Part shown: positions 9,274-18,107 of the stretch, piece after piece | Position numbering within the stretch: the first letter of the stretch is position 1 | How the letters are laid out: every line of letters starts with the position of its first letter | DNA from: an uncultured virus (IMG/VR IMGVR_UViG_3300030330_001767) | Taxonomy: Duplodnaviria; Heunggongvirae; Uroviricota; Caudoviricetes | Virus record (IMG/VR): IMGVR_UViG_3300030330_001767 | Strand: one strand, 5' to 3' | DNA: 33,624 nucleotides | Translations under genes and position numbers: made by a program | The notes under the pieces: generated by a model | What the model was told of the DNA's origin: nothing | What the model saw: the letters and a program-made list of their open reading frames with translations, nothing else | Databases searched by the model: none

Positions 9274-10961
9274 AACTCCCTCACTTTGAATGCCGCTTCT
9301 CTAATGGCCTCTCTTGCGCTTGCGGTGATACTTGCGGCTAAATCAACATTAGCCCAACCAAATCCCTGATACGCAATGATACCGTAAAAAGAAGCCATCA
9401 ATCTCTTTACCGCTAACTGGTTGTTATTCCACTTGTTGAAGTCAGACTTATCTTTAGCGTTCTTCATGTTTTTCTTGTATTCATTACGTAGTTCTTTGAG
9501 TTCTAATACCGCTTTGGGTAAAAGACCCAACTTATCTGTTTTGAAATACATCATGTTCTCTTGCTTAACGTCAGAGAAATCTCTTGGTGTAGCAAGATTA
9601 ACTGCAAACTCTGTCGGTTCAAGTGAAATTGTTTCCCATGAGATATTCCTTGACACAATCATGCTTGGATATAGACCCGCAAAATCAAATGCGGCAACAT
9701 TGTTGTGAATACCATTTGTGCCTTCTGTGAGGGGATTGTATATCATAGCCCCGTCATAGTCCCTGCGTTCTCCTTTGCGCCCCGTAGGGGCTTTCCAAGA
9801 GGCATTACGCATGAAATATATTCCACCCATGTTACTCGCATAGAAACAAGCATCGAATGGAGCAATCAAAAGTTTCTGCAAAGCCAAAACCGCATCAATA
9901 CAATGGTTGTTCTCATCAATCTTGACTAACAACTCAACGTCTTTCTCAGCGTATTCTAAGTAAGTGTCTGCATCTTCTGTCCATGCTTTCTTGAAGAAGT
10001 CATTCTTATCAGGGAACTTTTCACTGACTAACTTCTTCTCGCCTAAGATTGTCTCTGAAACATAGTCCAATGCAAGAGAAGGTAATGTTCCCTTCTGTGC
10101 ATCATTCCATTGACGCTCAAAGACCAAATCTAAGGCTACTGTGATAACACCCTTGATTGGTTGATTGATAGGGGAGAACCTTTCTACTCTTGACTTCCAA
10201 ATAGTAGGTGAATTGTTCTTCCAACCAATACCTGTAATCTCACCAAATGGTGACATCACTCTTGGGTCTAACTCATGATGAACCATACGTGTCAATAACT
10301 TAGGCAAGTCGAACTTCCAACCGAACCATGAAACAAGCATATCAGGTTCTTTGTCAACAAACATAGCCATGAATCTTGAAAGCATATGTCTTTCACTTCT
10401 ACACTCAATCAGTACACTTGACTCGTTATCATCAAACCTATCTCCTTTGAAATCCACTACATAGGGATACCAAACAAATGTGTAATACTTCTCATCAAAG
10501 TTATCATAAACTACGATACAAGTAATCTGCTCATCGTAATCACCGCCTTGCATCCACTCCATATCCCAATACCATTTTCTTGGTCTTTGTTCAGGAATAG
10601 CATCAAGTTCATCAACTGCATATCTGTAATAATGAGCAACATCTGCTTCGTATGTATCAATACCCATCTTATCTAAAGCAACTCTAATGTCCTTAGCATA
10701 TCTTGGATGGTTAGGAGTCCATGTAACTTTGTCTAAAGGTTCACCGTAGAGATTGTTTTCTTCTGTTCTCTCAGAACTGAGTTCTAATCTAAAACTACCA
10801 TGATTGTCTTTACAGGGTATAGATACGCTTCTATCAATAGCCCCTCTATCAACATAGAAGTATGGTCTAAACTCTGAATGAGATACAACCTTAGATTGAA
10901 TCTCACCATCGGTGTTTCTCCACCTTACTCCTATTCCTTCTTCTAAATTACATATTATCAT
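9270..10961 (-). CDS. polB: Family B DNA polymerase, N-terminal part (exonuclease, motifs A and B)
   Basis: YEAD, WDME (ExoI), FDLP (ExoII), YAEKD (ExoIII), DFAGLYPS (motif A), KRLMASFYG (motif B). Confidence 0.95.
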   Translation of the reverse strand: MIICNLEEGIGVRWRNTDGEIQSKVVSHSEFRPYFYVDRGAIDRSVSIPCKDNHGSFRLELSSERTEENNLYGEPLDKVTWTPNHPRYAKDIRVALDKMGIDTYEADVAHYYRYAVDELDAIPEQRPRKWYWDMEWMQGGDYDEQITCIVVYDNFDEKYYTFVWYPYVVDFKGDRFDDNESSVLIECRSERHMLSRFMAMFVDKEPDMLVSWFGWKFDLPKLLTRMVHHELDPRVMSPFGEITGIGWKNNSPTIWKSRVERFSPINQPIKGVITVALDLVFERQWNDAQKGTLPSLALDYVSETILGEKKLVSEKFPDKNDFFKKAWTEDADTYLEYAEKDVELLVKIDENNHCIDAVLALQKLLIAPFDACFYASNMGGIYFMRNASWKAPTGRKGERRDYDGAMIYNPLTEGTNGIHNNVAAFDFAGLYPSMIVSRNISWETISLEPTEFAVNLATPRDFSDVKQENMMYFKTDKLGLLPKAVLELKELRNEYKKNMKNAKDKSDFNKWNNNQLAVKRLMASFYGIIAYQGFGWANVDLAASITASAREAIREAAFKVREL

Positions 10962-11119
10962 TATTTCACATTTCCTTGATTGTTTCTTGTTATCTTGTTA
11001 AAGTACCTTTCAGCACTCATTGCAATTCGTGGGTACGTTGTCATACCCATACTCTTTCCTGTATCTGTCTGTCCAGTACCGCTAGTTTGTAGCCAAACGA
11101 ACTTTATTCTTTCATCCAT
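10961..11119 (-). CDS. 52-aa microprotein resembling the helicase P-loop segment (not in ORF track)
   Basis: Hand translation MDERIKFVWLQTSGTGQTDTGKSMGMTTYPRIAMSAERYFNKITRNNQGNVK. GGTGA SD; its stop overlaps the polB start (TAATG). Confidence 0.55.
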   Translation of the reverse strand: MDERIKFVWLQTSGTGQTDTGKSMGMTTYPRIAMSAERYFNKITRNNQGNVK

Positions 11120-11123
11120 ATAA

Positions 11124-11903
11124 TCACCTATTACCGATGTATGGTGCTTTCAATAGCATTCTTGTTGGTGTTACAAACAATACTGGTGCATCGTCATTGA
11201 TGTAAAGACGAACTGTTCCCTTGAGGAACTTAGATACTTGACCATTGAACTCAACAGTAGCATCTTCACCTTCTGACATTGTAGTTTCAATGATTACATC
11301 AAACTTATCGGTTACGCTTTTTCTACTTGACATGATTAGACTTTCTTCATCTTCATCATAATCAAACTTGTAACGTGCAAGTCCAACAACATCACAACTC
11401 TTACTTGCTGAAAGCATCTCATCTTCTGAGATAACTACCTCAGTCTTGTATTCTGTTTTACCGAAAGTAGGCATACCTTCCCCCATACTGCGTAGTGTCT
11501 TGTGGAAGACTTCTCCTCTACTAATCATATTGGGTGTTGGGTGTTCTTCTACCAACGGCACTCTTGCGATTGAACTGTCATTCTTTATGGTAAGATAATC
11601 TCTAAATTCTAAAGTGACTATTCCAGTAAATCCCTTGAGATACTTTACAGTCTTCTCAATATCAATTACAGTCCTACCACTTCTGAACAACTGTCCCTCT
11701 TCAAGTCTCAAGCGTATAACTGCAATGTTGATGTTATCTGCATTGTATGCTACAAGGTAATCTCCTTCTACTTTCAACACTGCATAGTTGCTAACCTGAC
11801 CATTCTTGCAGGTATCTCCACTATTGTATTTGCCTTTAACGGCAATCTCTTCAATTAATTCTCTAAATGTATTTACTTCTAATTCTATTTGCATTTTAAT
11901 CAT
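11124..11903 (-). CDS. pcn: PCNA-like DNA sliding clamp
   Basis: About 259 aa with a beta-rich clamp-like pattern and C-terminal LLKAPYI (cf. PCNA LAP). Adjacent to polB; RFC and PIP boxes are present in the window. Start is likely 11903 or 11894; the track start is 12014. Confidence 0.75.
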   Translation of the reverse strand: MIKMQIELEVNTFRELIEEIAVKGKYNSGDTCKNGQVSNYAVLKVEGDYLVAYNADNINIAVIRLRLEEGQLFRSGRTVIDIEKTVKYLKGFTGIVTLEFRDYLTIKNDSSIARVPLVEEHPTPNMISRGEVFHKTLRSMGEGMPTFGKTEYKTEVVISEDEMLSASKSCDVVGLARYKFDYDEDEESLIMSSRKSVTDKFDVIIETTMSEGEDATVEFNGQVSKFLKGTVRLYINDDAPVLFVTPTRMLLKAPYIGNR

Positions 11904-11913
11904 CTCTTTTGGT

Positions 11914-11952
11914 GAAGATATCCCTACCCCTTTCGGAGTAGGAGATACCTTC
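11914..11952 (-). promoter_or_regulatory. GNRA-capped RNA hairpin just upstream of PCNA
   Basis: Minus strand gaaggtatctcctactcc-GAAA-ggggtagggatatcttc forms 17 bp (two G-U pairs, one bulge). Confidence 0.6.
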
Positions 11953-11959
11953 TTTGTGT

Positions 11960-12253
11960 TCATCCCCAAATGAACTTCTGTTCTTTTCTCATTTTCAGTA
12001 TTTTTTCTGAACATGAAGGGCAGAAAAATTGGTTCTTACCCAATGTTTTCAAGAAACGCCAATCCGCTACCTTTGCTACTTGCTTTATTTCGGTAGAGTT
12101 ACGTGCATCAATAACTTTCAATGCAACGTTTCTATTACAACTTACTCTCTGTCCTTTCGTAATAGAAGGATGACCAACACACTCAATGTGTAGCATTGTT
12201 TTGTATTGCTTCACCCTATCAACTTTCATCCAGTCTTCTTTCTCATCCATCAT
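11960..12253 (-). CDS. Hypothetical, putative Zn-binding protein
   Basis: 97 aa with C..H..C and CPSC. Confidence 0.6.
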   Translation of the reverse strand: MMDEKEDWMKVDRVKQYKTMLHIECVGHPSITKGQRVSCNRNVALKVIDARNSTEIKQVAKVADWRFLKTLGKNQFFCPSCSEKILKMRKEQKFIWG

Positions 12254-13086
12254 ATTTCACCTGCCTTTATCTCCTCAACACCAGTCCAATTGATTTCGCC
12301 ATCTTTGATAGATAAAACCAATCTTCGTGAACCAATCAATTCAGGCTTTCTTGCACTCGCCTCAAAGAGAGCATGATAATCAGCACCATTCTTTCTTATG
12401 TCTCGGTTCATTCGTATTGTGGAAGTAAAGATGTCTTCTGTTGTAGAGTGCCAATTTGCTTCTACTCCAATAGGATTTGGTGTGCCACCATATTTATCCT
12501 TAGAATGTGCAATGACTATTCGATGACAAGGCATCTCTAATATTTGCTTGTGTAAGAAGTTCTTGTAAGGAGTATTTCTATCTCCCCAAATGTATGGCGG
12601 TTGCTTGATTACAGCATCAGTATCCATTTTGTGCTTTTCACGCATCTTTGTTTCACAGACATCTGTAAGTAGTTTATCTGCTCCATCAACAATAACGGCT
12701 TTTAGTTTACCTTCATTCAAACATTCCATAGCCATTTCATAGAAAGTTCTTGCATTTTCCATAGTAGCATCAAAGTCAACTAAACTGTCTTCTTTACGCT
12801 CTATTGGATTATCAACAACGATGTTATCTATGTTCTTGTAGTGATTTCTTTTCACATCAATAGCACGATTATCGAAATCAAAAACATATACCTTCATGTC
12901 ATTTGCAATATCTTCTTCTGTTAAGATGTCTAATGCAATAGCAGTCTTAGCAGTTTTGGGTTCTCCCCAAATTCCAAGACACATGAAAGATATAGCAACT
13001 TGTGCTTTATGCTTTATCTTTTCCAACCTTTCTTTCTTTCTTTCTTCAAACGTTTTTGTTGTTTTAGTATTTGTGTTCCAACTCAT
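12250..13086 (-). CDS. Sak4/RadA-like (AAA_24) P-loop ATPase, putative recombinase
   Basis: GEPKTAKT Walker A, FDFD, VIVDG Walker B, IAH. Confidence 0.75.
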   Translation of the reverse strand: MSWNTNTKTTKTFEERKKERLEKIKHKAQVAISFMCLGIWGEPKTAKTAIALDILTEEDIANDMKVYVFDFDNRAIDVKRNHYKNIDNIVVDNPIERKEDSLVDFDATMENARTFYEMAMECLNEGKLKAVIVDGADKLLTDVCETKMREKHKMDTDAVIKQPPYIWGDRNTPYKNFLHKQILEMPCHRIVIAHSKDKYGGTPNPIGVEANWHSTTEDIFTSTIRMNRDIRKNGADYHALFEASARKPELIGSRRLVLSIKDGEINWTGVEEIKAGEI

Positions 13087-13351
13087 TGTAATCCCTATTC
13101 CTATATTCTACTAACGGATTTCCTACTGCTTCCAGTATCTCATTCAATCCCTTGTAGTCTACTTTTATTCTGATTTCTTTACCTGATATAGTATGTAACT
13201 TAAGCCAATACTCATCAGTCTTGTTTTGGTTTTGTTTCCACGTAGTGAAATCTACGTTGCTCGCTCTAATCGCATAACTCTGACCATGTATAACACTGTC
13301 ATCATCAGCATAAGAGGTTATTTTGTATTCATCATAATATCCTTTGTTCAT
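13064..13351 (-). CDS. Hypothetical protein
   Basis: 95 aa with AGGAG SD. Confidence 0.65.
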   Translation of the reverse strand: MNKGYYDEYKITSYADDDSVIHGQSYAIRASNVDFTTWKQNQNKTDEYWLKLHTISGKEIRIKVDYKGLNEILEAVGNPLVEYRNRDYNELEHKY

Positions 13352-13431
13352 GTTTATTTCTCCTTTTTGTTAAGAAGGGGGCATTGCACCCCTAAGACCA
13401 ACAATAAGTGTATGGCTACACCTTTACATAA

Positions 13432-14685
13432 TCAAACTGGCATCCAGTCATCATCGAAGTCATCATCATTCTCATCAATGTGAGTGATTTCTTCGGGGCT
13501 TCCGCCTCTTGCCTTTGTTACAAGAATACCTGTAACGTTAATGGAGATGGGTCTTAGGTTTCCATCTTCATCAGTTCCTTGTGATGTTCTTCCCACAACA
13601 ACCACATTAGAACCTGTACCGAAATCAATTTCGATGTGTGGTGGTGTCCAACAGGTTATGGAGTCATCCCATGAAAAGTCGGCAACGTTCTCCAAGTTGT
13701 AATCCGACATATGGAATAATCTGTTTCCATTCTTTGTTGGGTTCATGTTAACAGTTGTTACCTGACCATCAGTGAAGATGTATCTATCGTTGTAGTTAGT
13801 TTTGTTCTGTAACTCATTGTGAGCCAATTCCAAATCAACCACTGCGAAGAAATTATCTCCACTATACTCCATAAGAGATTCTCTCATGTCTACTGAAGAC
13901 ATATCCTTCTTACGGGAATCATCATCAGCAAGTTCACTGTTGTATACAAGACTTCCAAGAGTGTGGGCCTTACCCCCATGTATCTTAGTTCCATCACTTG
14001 AGTTTAGGATACACTCAAAGTGAACCCACTCAAACGTCTTAGGATTGAACTCCTTAGATGATGGCCCTTTGTAGTTGAAGTAGTATTTACCCATGTTACC
14101 TTCGACTTCACCGATAAACACTGCTGACCTTCTCCACTCGGAAGCAGCCAGTGGTTTACCATAGCGAGCCTTGTTCCATTCAGCATCGTTAGTATCAAGA
14201 GGAACTACAAAAGTCCCATCTTCCATATCTACGTTGTTTGCAGGTAGGTTTACCATTACCTTCATCACTTCTTCGCCTTCTCTTACCATTCTTGCTTCAT
14301 ACTTACCATCATCAGTTGGAGTAAATACTGCAACTTGTCCTAAGTTGTATGTTCCATCTCTATCTCTACGATAGTCTGCAACTATTCTCTCGTTCTGCAT
14401 AGCAAGCATATCTCTTGCTTCATCCACACTTACGAAATAACCGAATGCCGTCTTATACCATCCACCGGATGAACCCGATGTGTTAGCAGGGTTGGGGTTC
14501 TTCTGCGCTCTTAACGCATTGTTGTAGAACTCCTTCCACAAGTTTAGAGCCAACATTGGCTCCTCACTCACATTGACGTTGTTCTTGGAACATATGTCCT
14601 CAAACCTCGCCAACGCTTCTGCTTCGGTATAACCGATAGCATCAGCAGTTTTCGCTATTGCTTGTCTTACTTCATTTTCATTCAT
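13432..14685 (-). CDS. RPA/SSB-like single-stranded DNA-binding protein (OB folds, acidic tail)
   Basis: C-terminal OB-like DGQVTTV...GSNVVVVGRT...INVTGI; acidic tail DDDFDDDWMPV; replisome context. Start MNENE at 14685 after GGAGG; the track start is 14724. Confidence 0.65.
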   Translation of the reverse strand: MNENEVRQAIAKTADAIGYTEAEALARFEDICSKNNVNVSEEPMLALNLWKEFYNNALRAQKNPNPANTSGSSGGWYKTAFGYFVSVDEARDMLAMQNERIVADYRRDRDGTYNLGQVAVFTPTDDGKYEARMVREGEEVMKVMVNLPANNVDMEDGTFVVPLDTNDAEWNKARYGKPLAASEWRRSAVFIGEVEGNMGKYYFNYKGPSSKEFNPKTFEWVHFECILNSSDGTKIHGGKAHTLGSLVYNSELADDDSRKKDMSSVDMRESLMEYSGDNFFAVVDLELAHNELQNKTNYNDRYIFTDGQVTTVNMNPTKNGNRLFHMSDYNLENVADFSWDDSITCWTPPHIEIDFGTGSNVVVVGRTSQGTDEDGNLRPISINVTGILVTKARGGSPEEITHIDENDDDFDDDWMPV

Positions 14686-14935
14686 TTTTCTTTTCCTCCA
14701 TTTGTTGCTTTCGCTTTCTTTCATATTTTATTTCCACTAATCCTTCTGTCAGCATGACTAGGCCACACATTATCCAAAAGAAATTGGAATCTACACTGAT
14801 GTAATTTAGCGTGTTTAGTATAGGTAACACAATCAGCAGTGCGCCACCTAACGCTATTATCTCATATCGAAGTAGTAGATGTTCTACATCTTGTAGGTCT
14901 ACTACTCCGTCTTCGTTAAAGTCTAATTTTGACAT
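14678..14935 (-). CDS. Small 2-TM membrane protein with an EF-hand/dockerin-like loop
   Basis: DFNEDGVVDLQD loop, two hydrophobic helices and a basic tail. Confidence 0.65.
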   Translation of the reverse strand: MSKLDFNEDGVVDLQDVEHLLLRYEIIALGGALLIVLPILNTLNYISVDSNFFWIMCGLVMLTEGLVEIKYERKRKQQMEEKKNE

Positions 14936-15021
14936 TACCATCTTCTCCTTCTTCTTCCTGTAAACTCTACTCTCAATACAAATCTCAATAAAATATACGC
15001 AAGTAAAATTACTTCAATCAT
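14935..15021 (-). CDS. 28-aa TM micropeptide with Arg-rich tail (not in ORF track)
   Basis: Hand translation MIEVILLAYILLRFVLRVEFTGRRRRRW. TAATG overlaps at both ends. Confidence 0.5.
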   Translation of the reverse strand: MIEVILLAYILLRFVLRVEFTGRRRRRW

Positions 15022-15935
15022 TATACCATCTGTCCTATCATCCAAGATGCCAATACTTTGGGAGTCATATTACTACTTCTCCATTCGGCTTCCCCAACTA
15101 CACGGAGTAACTTGAACTTAGACTGTCGCCCTAAATCAGTCTTCAAAATAATATCGTGTAAATTTACACAGATAGTTTTCATATCAGTAGACGTATGTAT
15201 CAATTTATGCACCTTCTCCAAAGCATTAGTATGGTTATTCTCGATTATCATGTTTATTATTTCAGAGTATGGCTCTAGGCTCTTGTCTATCTGACTTTGT
15301 AGGCTTCGGTTTGATGAGGATGAAGCCTGTAATTCGTTAATCCCTCGCCTCAAGTCTCCCTGTAAATAGGTAATGAAGGTTTCTAAGTCCTCATCTGAAT
15401 GCCTATTAATGTTCTCAGAATCCAAAATATTTCTCAGAATACCGAACATATTCTCAGAAGAAACTCTCTTGAATCCATAATTTGCACATCTTGAAAGTAG
15501 GGGTGAGATAATTTTGTGTCTATCGTTACAAGTGATGATAAATCTACAATTATCTGAATATCTCTCCATCACTCTCTTGAGTGCATTCTGAGCATCCTTA
15601 GTCATACCATCCATCTCATCGAGAAGTATAATCTTGAATGGGGCTTCACCCAATCTCTTAGTCGTTGCAATATCCTTAATCTTGGTTCTGACAGTTTCTA
15701 ACTTTCTATCATCAGAGGCATTAATCTCAAAGAAATTACCTTCCTTATCTTCTCCTAAGATATCGTTCACTAATGAGATAGATGCGGCGGTTTTACCTGT
15801 TCCCGCCATACCATACAAAATCACATTAGGCATATTCTTGTTTAGCACCCAATGTTCAGCATCGTGAACAAAGTTGCTCTGTCCTACTATTCCACTCAAA
15901 GTGGTTGGTCTATATTTTTCTACCCATAACATCAT
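15021..15935 (-). CDS. rfcS: Replication factor C small subunit (clamp loader)
   Basis: WVEKYRP, GMAGTGKT, EINASDDR, LLDEMD, SRC and GDLR motifs. Confidence 0.95.
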   Translation of the reverse strand: MMLWVEKYRPTTLSGIVGQSNFVHDAEHWVLNKNMPNVILYGMAGTGKTAASISLVNDILGEDKEGNFFEINASDDRKLETVRTKIKDIATTKRLGEAPFKIILLDEMDGMTKDAQNALKRVMERYSDNCRFIITCNDRHKIISPLLSRCANYGFKRVSSENMFGILRNILDSENINRHSDEDLETFITYLQGDLRRGINELQASSSSNRSLQSQIDKSLEPYSEIINMIIENNHTNALEKVHKLIHTSTDMKTICVNLHDIILKTDLGRQSKFKLLRVVGEAEWRSSNMTPKVLASWMIGQMV

Positions 15936-16354
15936 TCTTCACTTCCTCTAATTGATAAATCACCTAATAGATGATACATTTTCTGTTGTTTGATATAATT
16001 CCTGTGATAAGGATTAACTTTTGCAGACATATTCCCATACATAAAGGTCAAAAATTCTCTATTTTCTTCATTTACTTCATTGATAGAATACCATCCTTTT
16101 GAGCCATGTCTTCCATTTTCTCTTACCAAAACACCTTTCTCTACCATTTCATCAAGTCTGCGTAGCACTGTTGTTCTTTTACTACCCATACCTTGTTTCT
16201 CAAGCCAATCGAGTATATCTCTAACACTAACACGGCCTTTGGCATCTATTGCCAATAAAATTTCCATTCTTTGTTCTACACCTAATATTTTTGAATAGGC
16301 TCTAAGTTTGTTTCTTCTTGCTTTTCTAATTTTAACTCTTTCCATTTTCATCAT
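15932..16354 (-). CDS. Winged-helix DNA-binding protein
   Basis: ILLAI...VSVRDI...TTVLRRLDEMVEKGVLVR...WYS wHTH pattern. Confidence 0.7.
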   Translation of the reverse strand: MMKMERVKIRKARRNKLRAYSKILGVEQRMEILLAIDAKGRVSVRDILDWLEKQGMGSKRTTVLRRLDEMVEKGVLVRENGRHGSKGWYSINEVNEENREFLTFMYGNMSAKVNPYHRNYIKQQKMYHLLGDLSIRGSEE

Positions 16355-16955
16355 CTTCCATTATCATTAATTCATCTAACCAATTGTCATCATCATTATC
16401 TTCTTCATAATCTTCTTCATCCATTTTGATGTTCGTTAAGAGAAAAGCATGTCGTGGGTCACGACCACAATAAACACCATAACAATATGAACAAGTAAAG
16501 GTTCTATTGAAGTTAGAAACATCACCGCCTTTTTTATTAAATTTAATATCCACATCAATCGGTAGTCCACAATCAAAACAATCTAAATTAGTTTTCTTAT
16601 CCTTTAGTTTGATGAACACTCTTGTAGATTGAGAGCCATTTTGGGTTTTAACAAATTGCCAACGACCCCTTACTACGATACATGGTTTATTTTTCTGCCA
16701 ATAGTCTTCTACTGCTTTAAGCATTAATTGGCTAAAGAAGTTACTATCTTGATATCTATTTTTTTTAATTTTCCCTATCTTCGTACTTTTTGTAGGTTGC
16801 ACATCCTTTAGCATATGACCCGGCAATGGAACGATGTAATCCATTACATCATCCATGATAAACGGAACGTTAAATGGAAACTCCTCCATGAAAGTAACTA
16901 ATACTCTTCTACATTTATCGTGGTTATAGCGAGTAGTCGCTCCATATGTTCCCAT
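16332..16955 (-). CDS. Hypothetical protein with a C-terminal Zn ribbon
   Basis: CFDC...CSYC and an acidic tail; TAATG overlap at 16955. Confidence 0.6.
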   Translation of the reverse strand: MGTYGATTRYNHDKCRRVLVTFMEEFPFNVPFIMDDVMDYIVPLPGHMLKDVQPTKSTKIGKIKKNRYQDSNFFSQLMLKAVEDYWQKNKPCIVVRGRWQFVKTQNGSQSTRVFIKLKDKKTNLDCFDCGLPIDVDIKFNKKGGDVSNFNRTFTCSYCYGVYCGRDPRHAFLLTNIKMDEEDYEEDNDDDNWLDELMIMEDDENGKS

Positions 16956-17806
16956 TAGAACCACGCTCCTAATCCCTGTTGTGGAACAATTCTATCTGTC
17001 TTCTTTCTCCTTTTCTTTTCACCTAAGTTTAGAAGTCTGCATTCTGCATTATTGTATTTGGTTTTAGCAAATTGCTTGAAACTTTCATCCTTCAATAAGT
17101 CCATTAACAAATAAGACTCTTTAGGCTTTAATCCAACTCTTCTTGATAGACTTGGTAACTTAGAATAAGAACCACGCTTAGGCATCTGCATCTTCCTCGC
17201 CATTCTACCATCATGTGAGTACGCTAGAAGTTCGTAGAAGTAATCGGTATTCCATCTTCTCTTAACTGAAAAATCAACGAATGATAGTTTATTTGGATGT
17301 AAGTTAGGTGCAAGCCAAGACAATAAATGAATGTCTGATGGAGTAGATAACTTCAACATAGTTGCAACTTCATCCCTATCAGGATTCTTTAGATATTCTC
17401 TAACCATAGGGTAGATATCAATATCAAACTCCTTTGGTTCATCTGCTCTTGATGTTTCAACATCATACTCTATCTTCTTATTCGCTCTTTTCAATTGACA
17501 CAATGAAAACAAATCTTTGGGAACTGACTTCTGATTATCAGAAATCAATACCACTTGTCCTCGATATTCTAACAGGGTTTTCTTAATCAATTCTGTATTA
17601 GGTTTGTAGTGAACCTCATCAATTATTATTCCTCTTTCTTTTGGAATACTAAAGTTATCTTCTATGTTATACTCATTAGCATACATTACTATTGCATCTT
17701 CTGATACAAATGACTTGGCTCTCTTCATCTTATTCAATGAAGCGTTACCTACTACAATCATAGGTTTAGTTTTCTTGTGTTCCATTGCCGTTTTTATTAG
17801 ACTCAT
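16955..17806 (-). CDS. Degenerate RFC large subunit-like protein
   Basis: Eroded Walker A (VVGNASLNK), Walker B IIIDEVH, terminal PIP box QQGLGAWF; close to rfcS. Confidence 0.6.
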   Translation of the reverse strand: MSLIKTAMEHKKTKPMIVVGNASLNKMKRAKSFVSEDAIVMYANEYNIEDNFSIPKERGIIIDEVHYKPNTELIKKTLLEYRGQVVLISDNQKSVPKDLFSLCQLKRANKKIEYDVETSRADEPKEFDIDIYPMVREYLKNPDRDEVATMLKLSTPSDIHLLSWLAPNLHPNKLSFVDFSVKRRWNTDYFYELLAYSHDGRMARKMQMPKRGSYSKLPSLSRRVGLKPKESYLLMDLLKDESFKQFAKTKYNNAECRLLNLGEKKRRKKTDRIVPQQGLGAWF

Positions 17807-18107
17807 CTATTCTCACTTCCAATATTTCTTTGTAATTACTATTGCAGTCTTTGCAACTTATCATGGCTACATACCATAACAATTCATTTTCTTCTTGAAT
17901 ACCTATTTCATATCCAAATGTTTTACTTCCACATTCTCTACAACCTTCAAGTTGTAATCTCACCATATGGTGAGTTGCTATTTCTTCTTCGTTCATATGT
18001 TCTGTTTCAGCACCTTCTAACTTCTGCTTTAGAACTTGATTTCTACAAATAGTGCATAATGCAAAGTTAAGCACTGTCTCGTTCTTATTACAACGAGAAC
18101 AAATCAT
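17766..18107 (-). CDS. Double zinc-ribbon protein
   Basis: Four CxxC motifs. Confidence 0.65.
   Translation of the reverse strand: MICSRCNKNETVLNFALCTICRNQVLKQKLEGAETEHMNEEEIATHHMVRLQLEGCRECGSKTFGYEIGIQEENELLWYVAMISCKDCNSNYKEILEVRIDESNKNGNGTQEN

Noticed and set aside
13374..13395. AGGGG...CCCCT hairpin downstream of the RPA-like gene
   Set aside because: Only 5-7 bp with a bulge and no adjacent U-tract on the coding strand; too weak to call.
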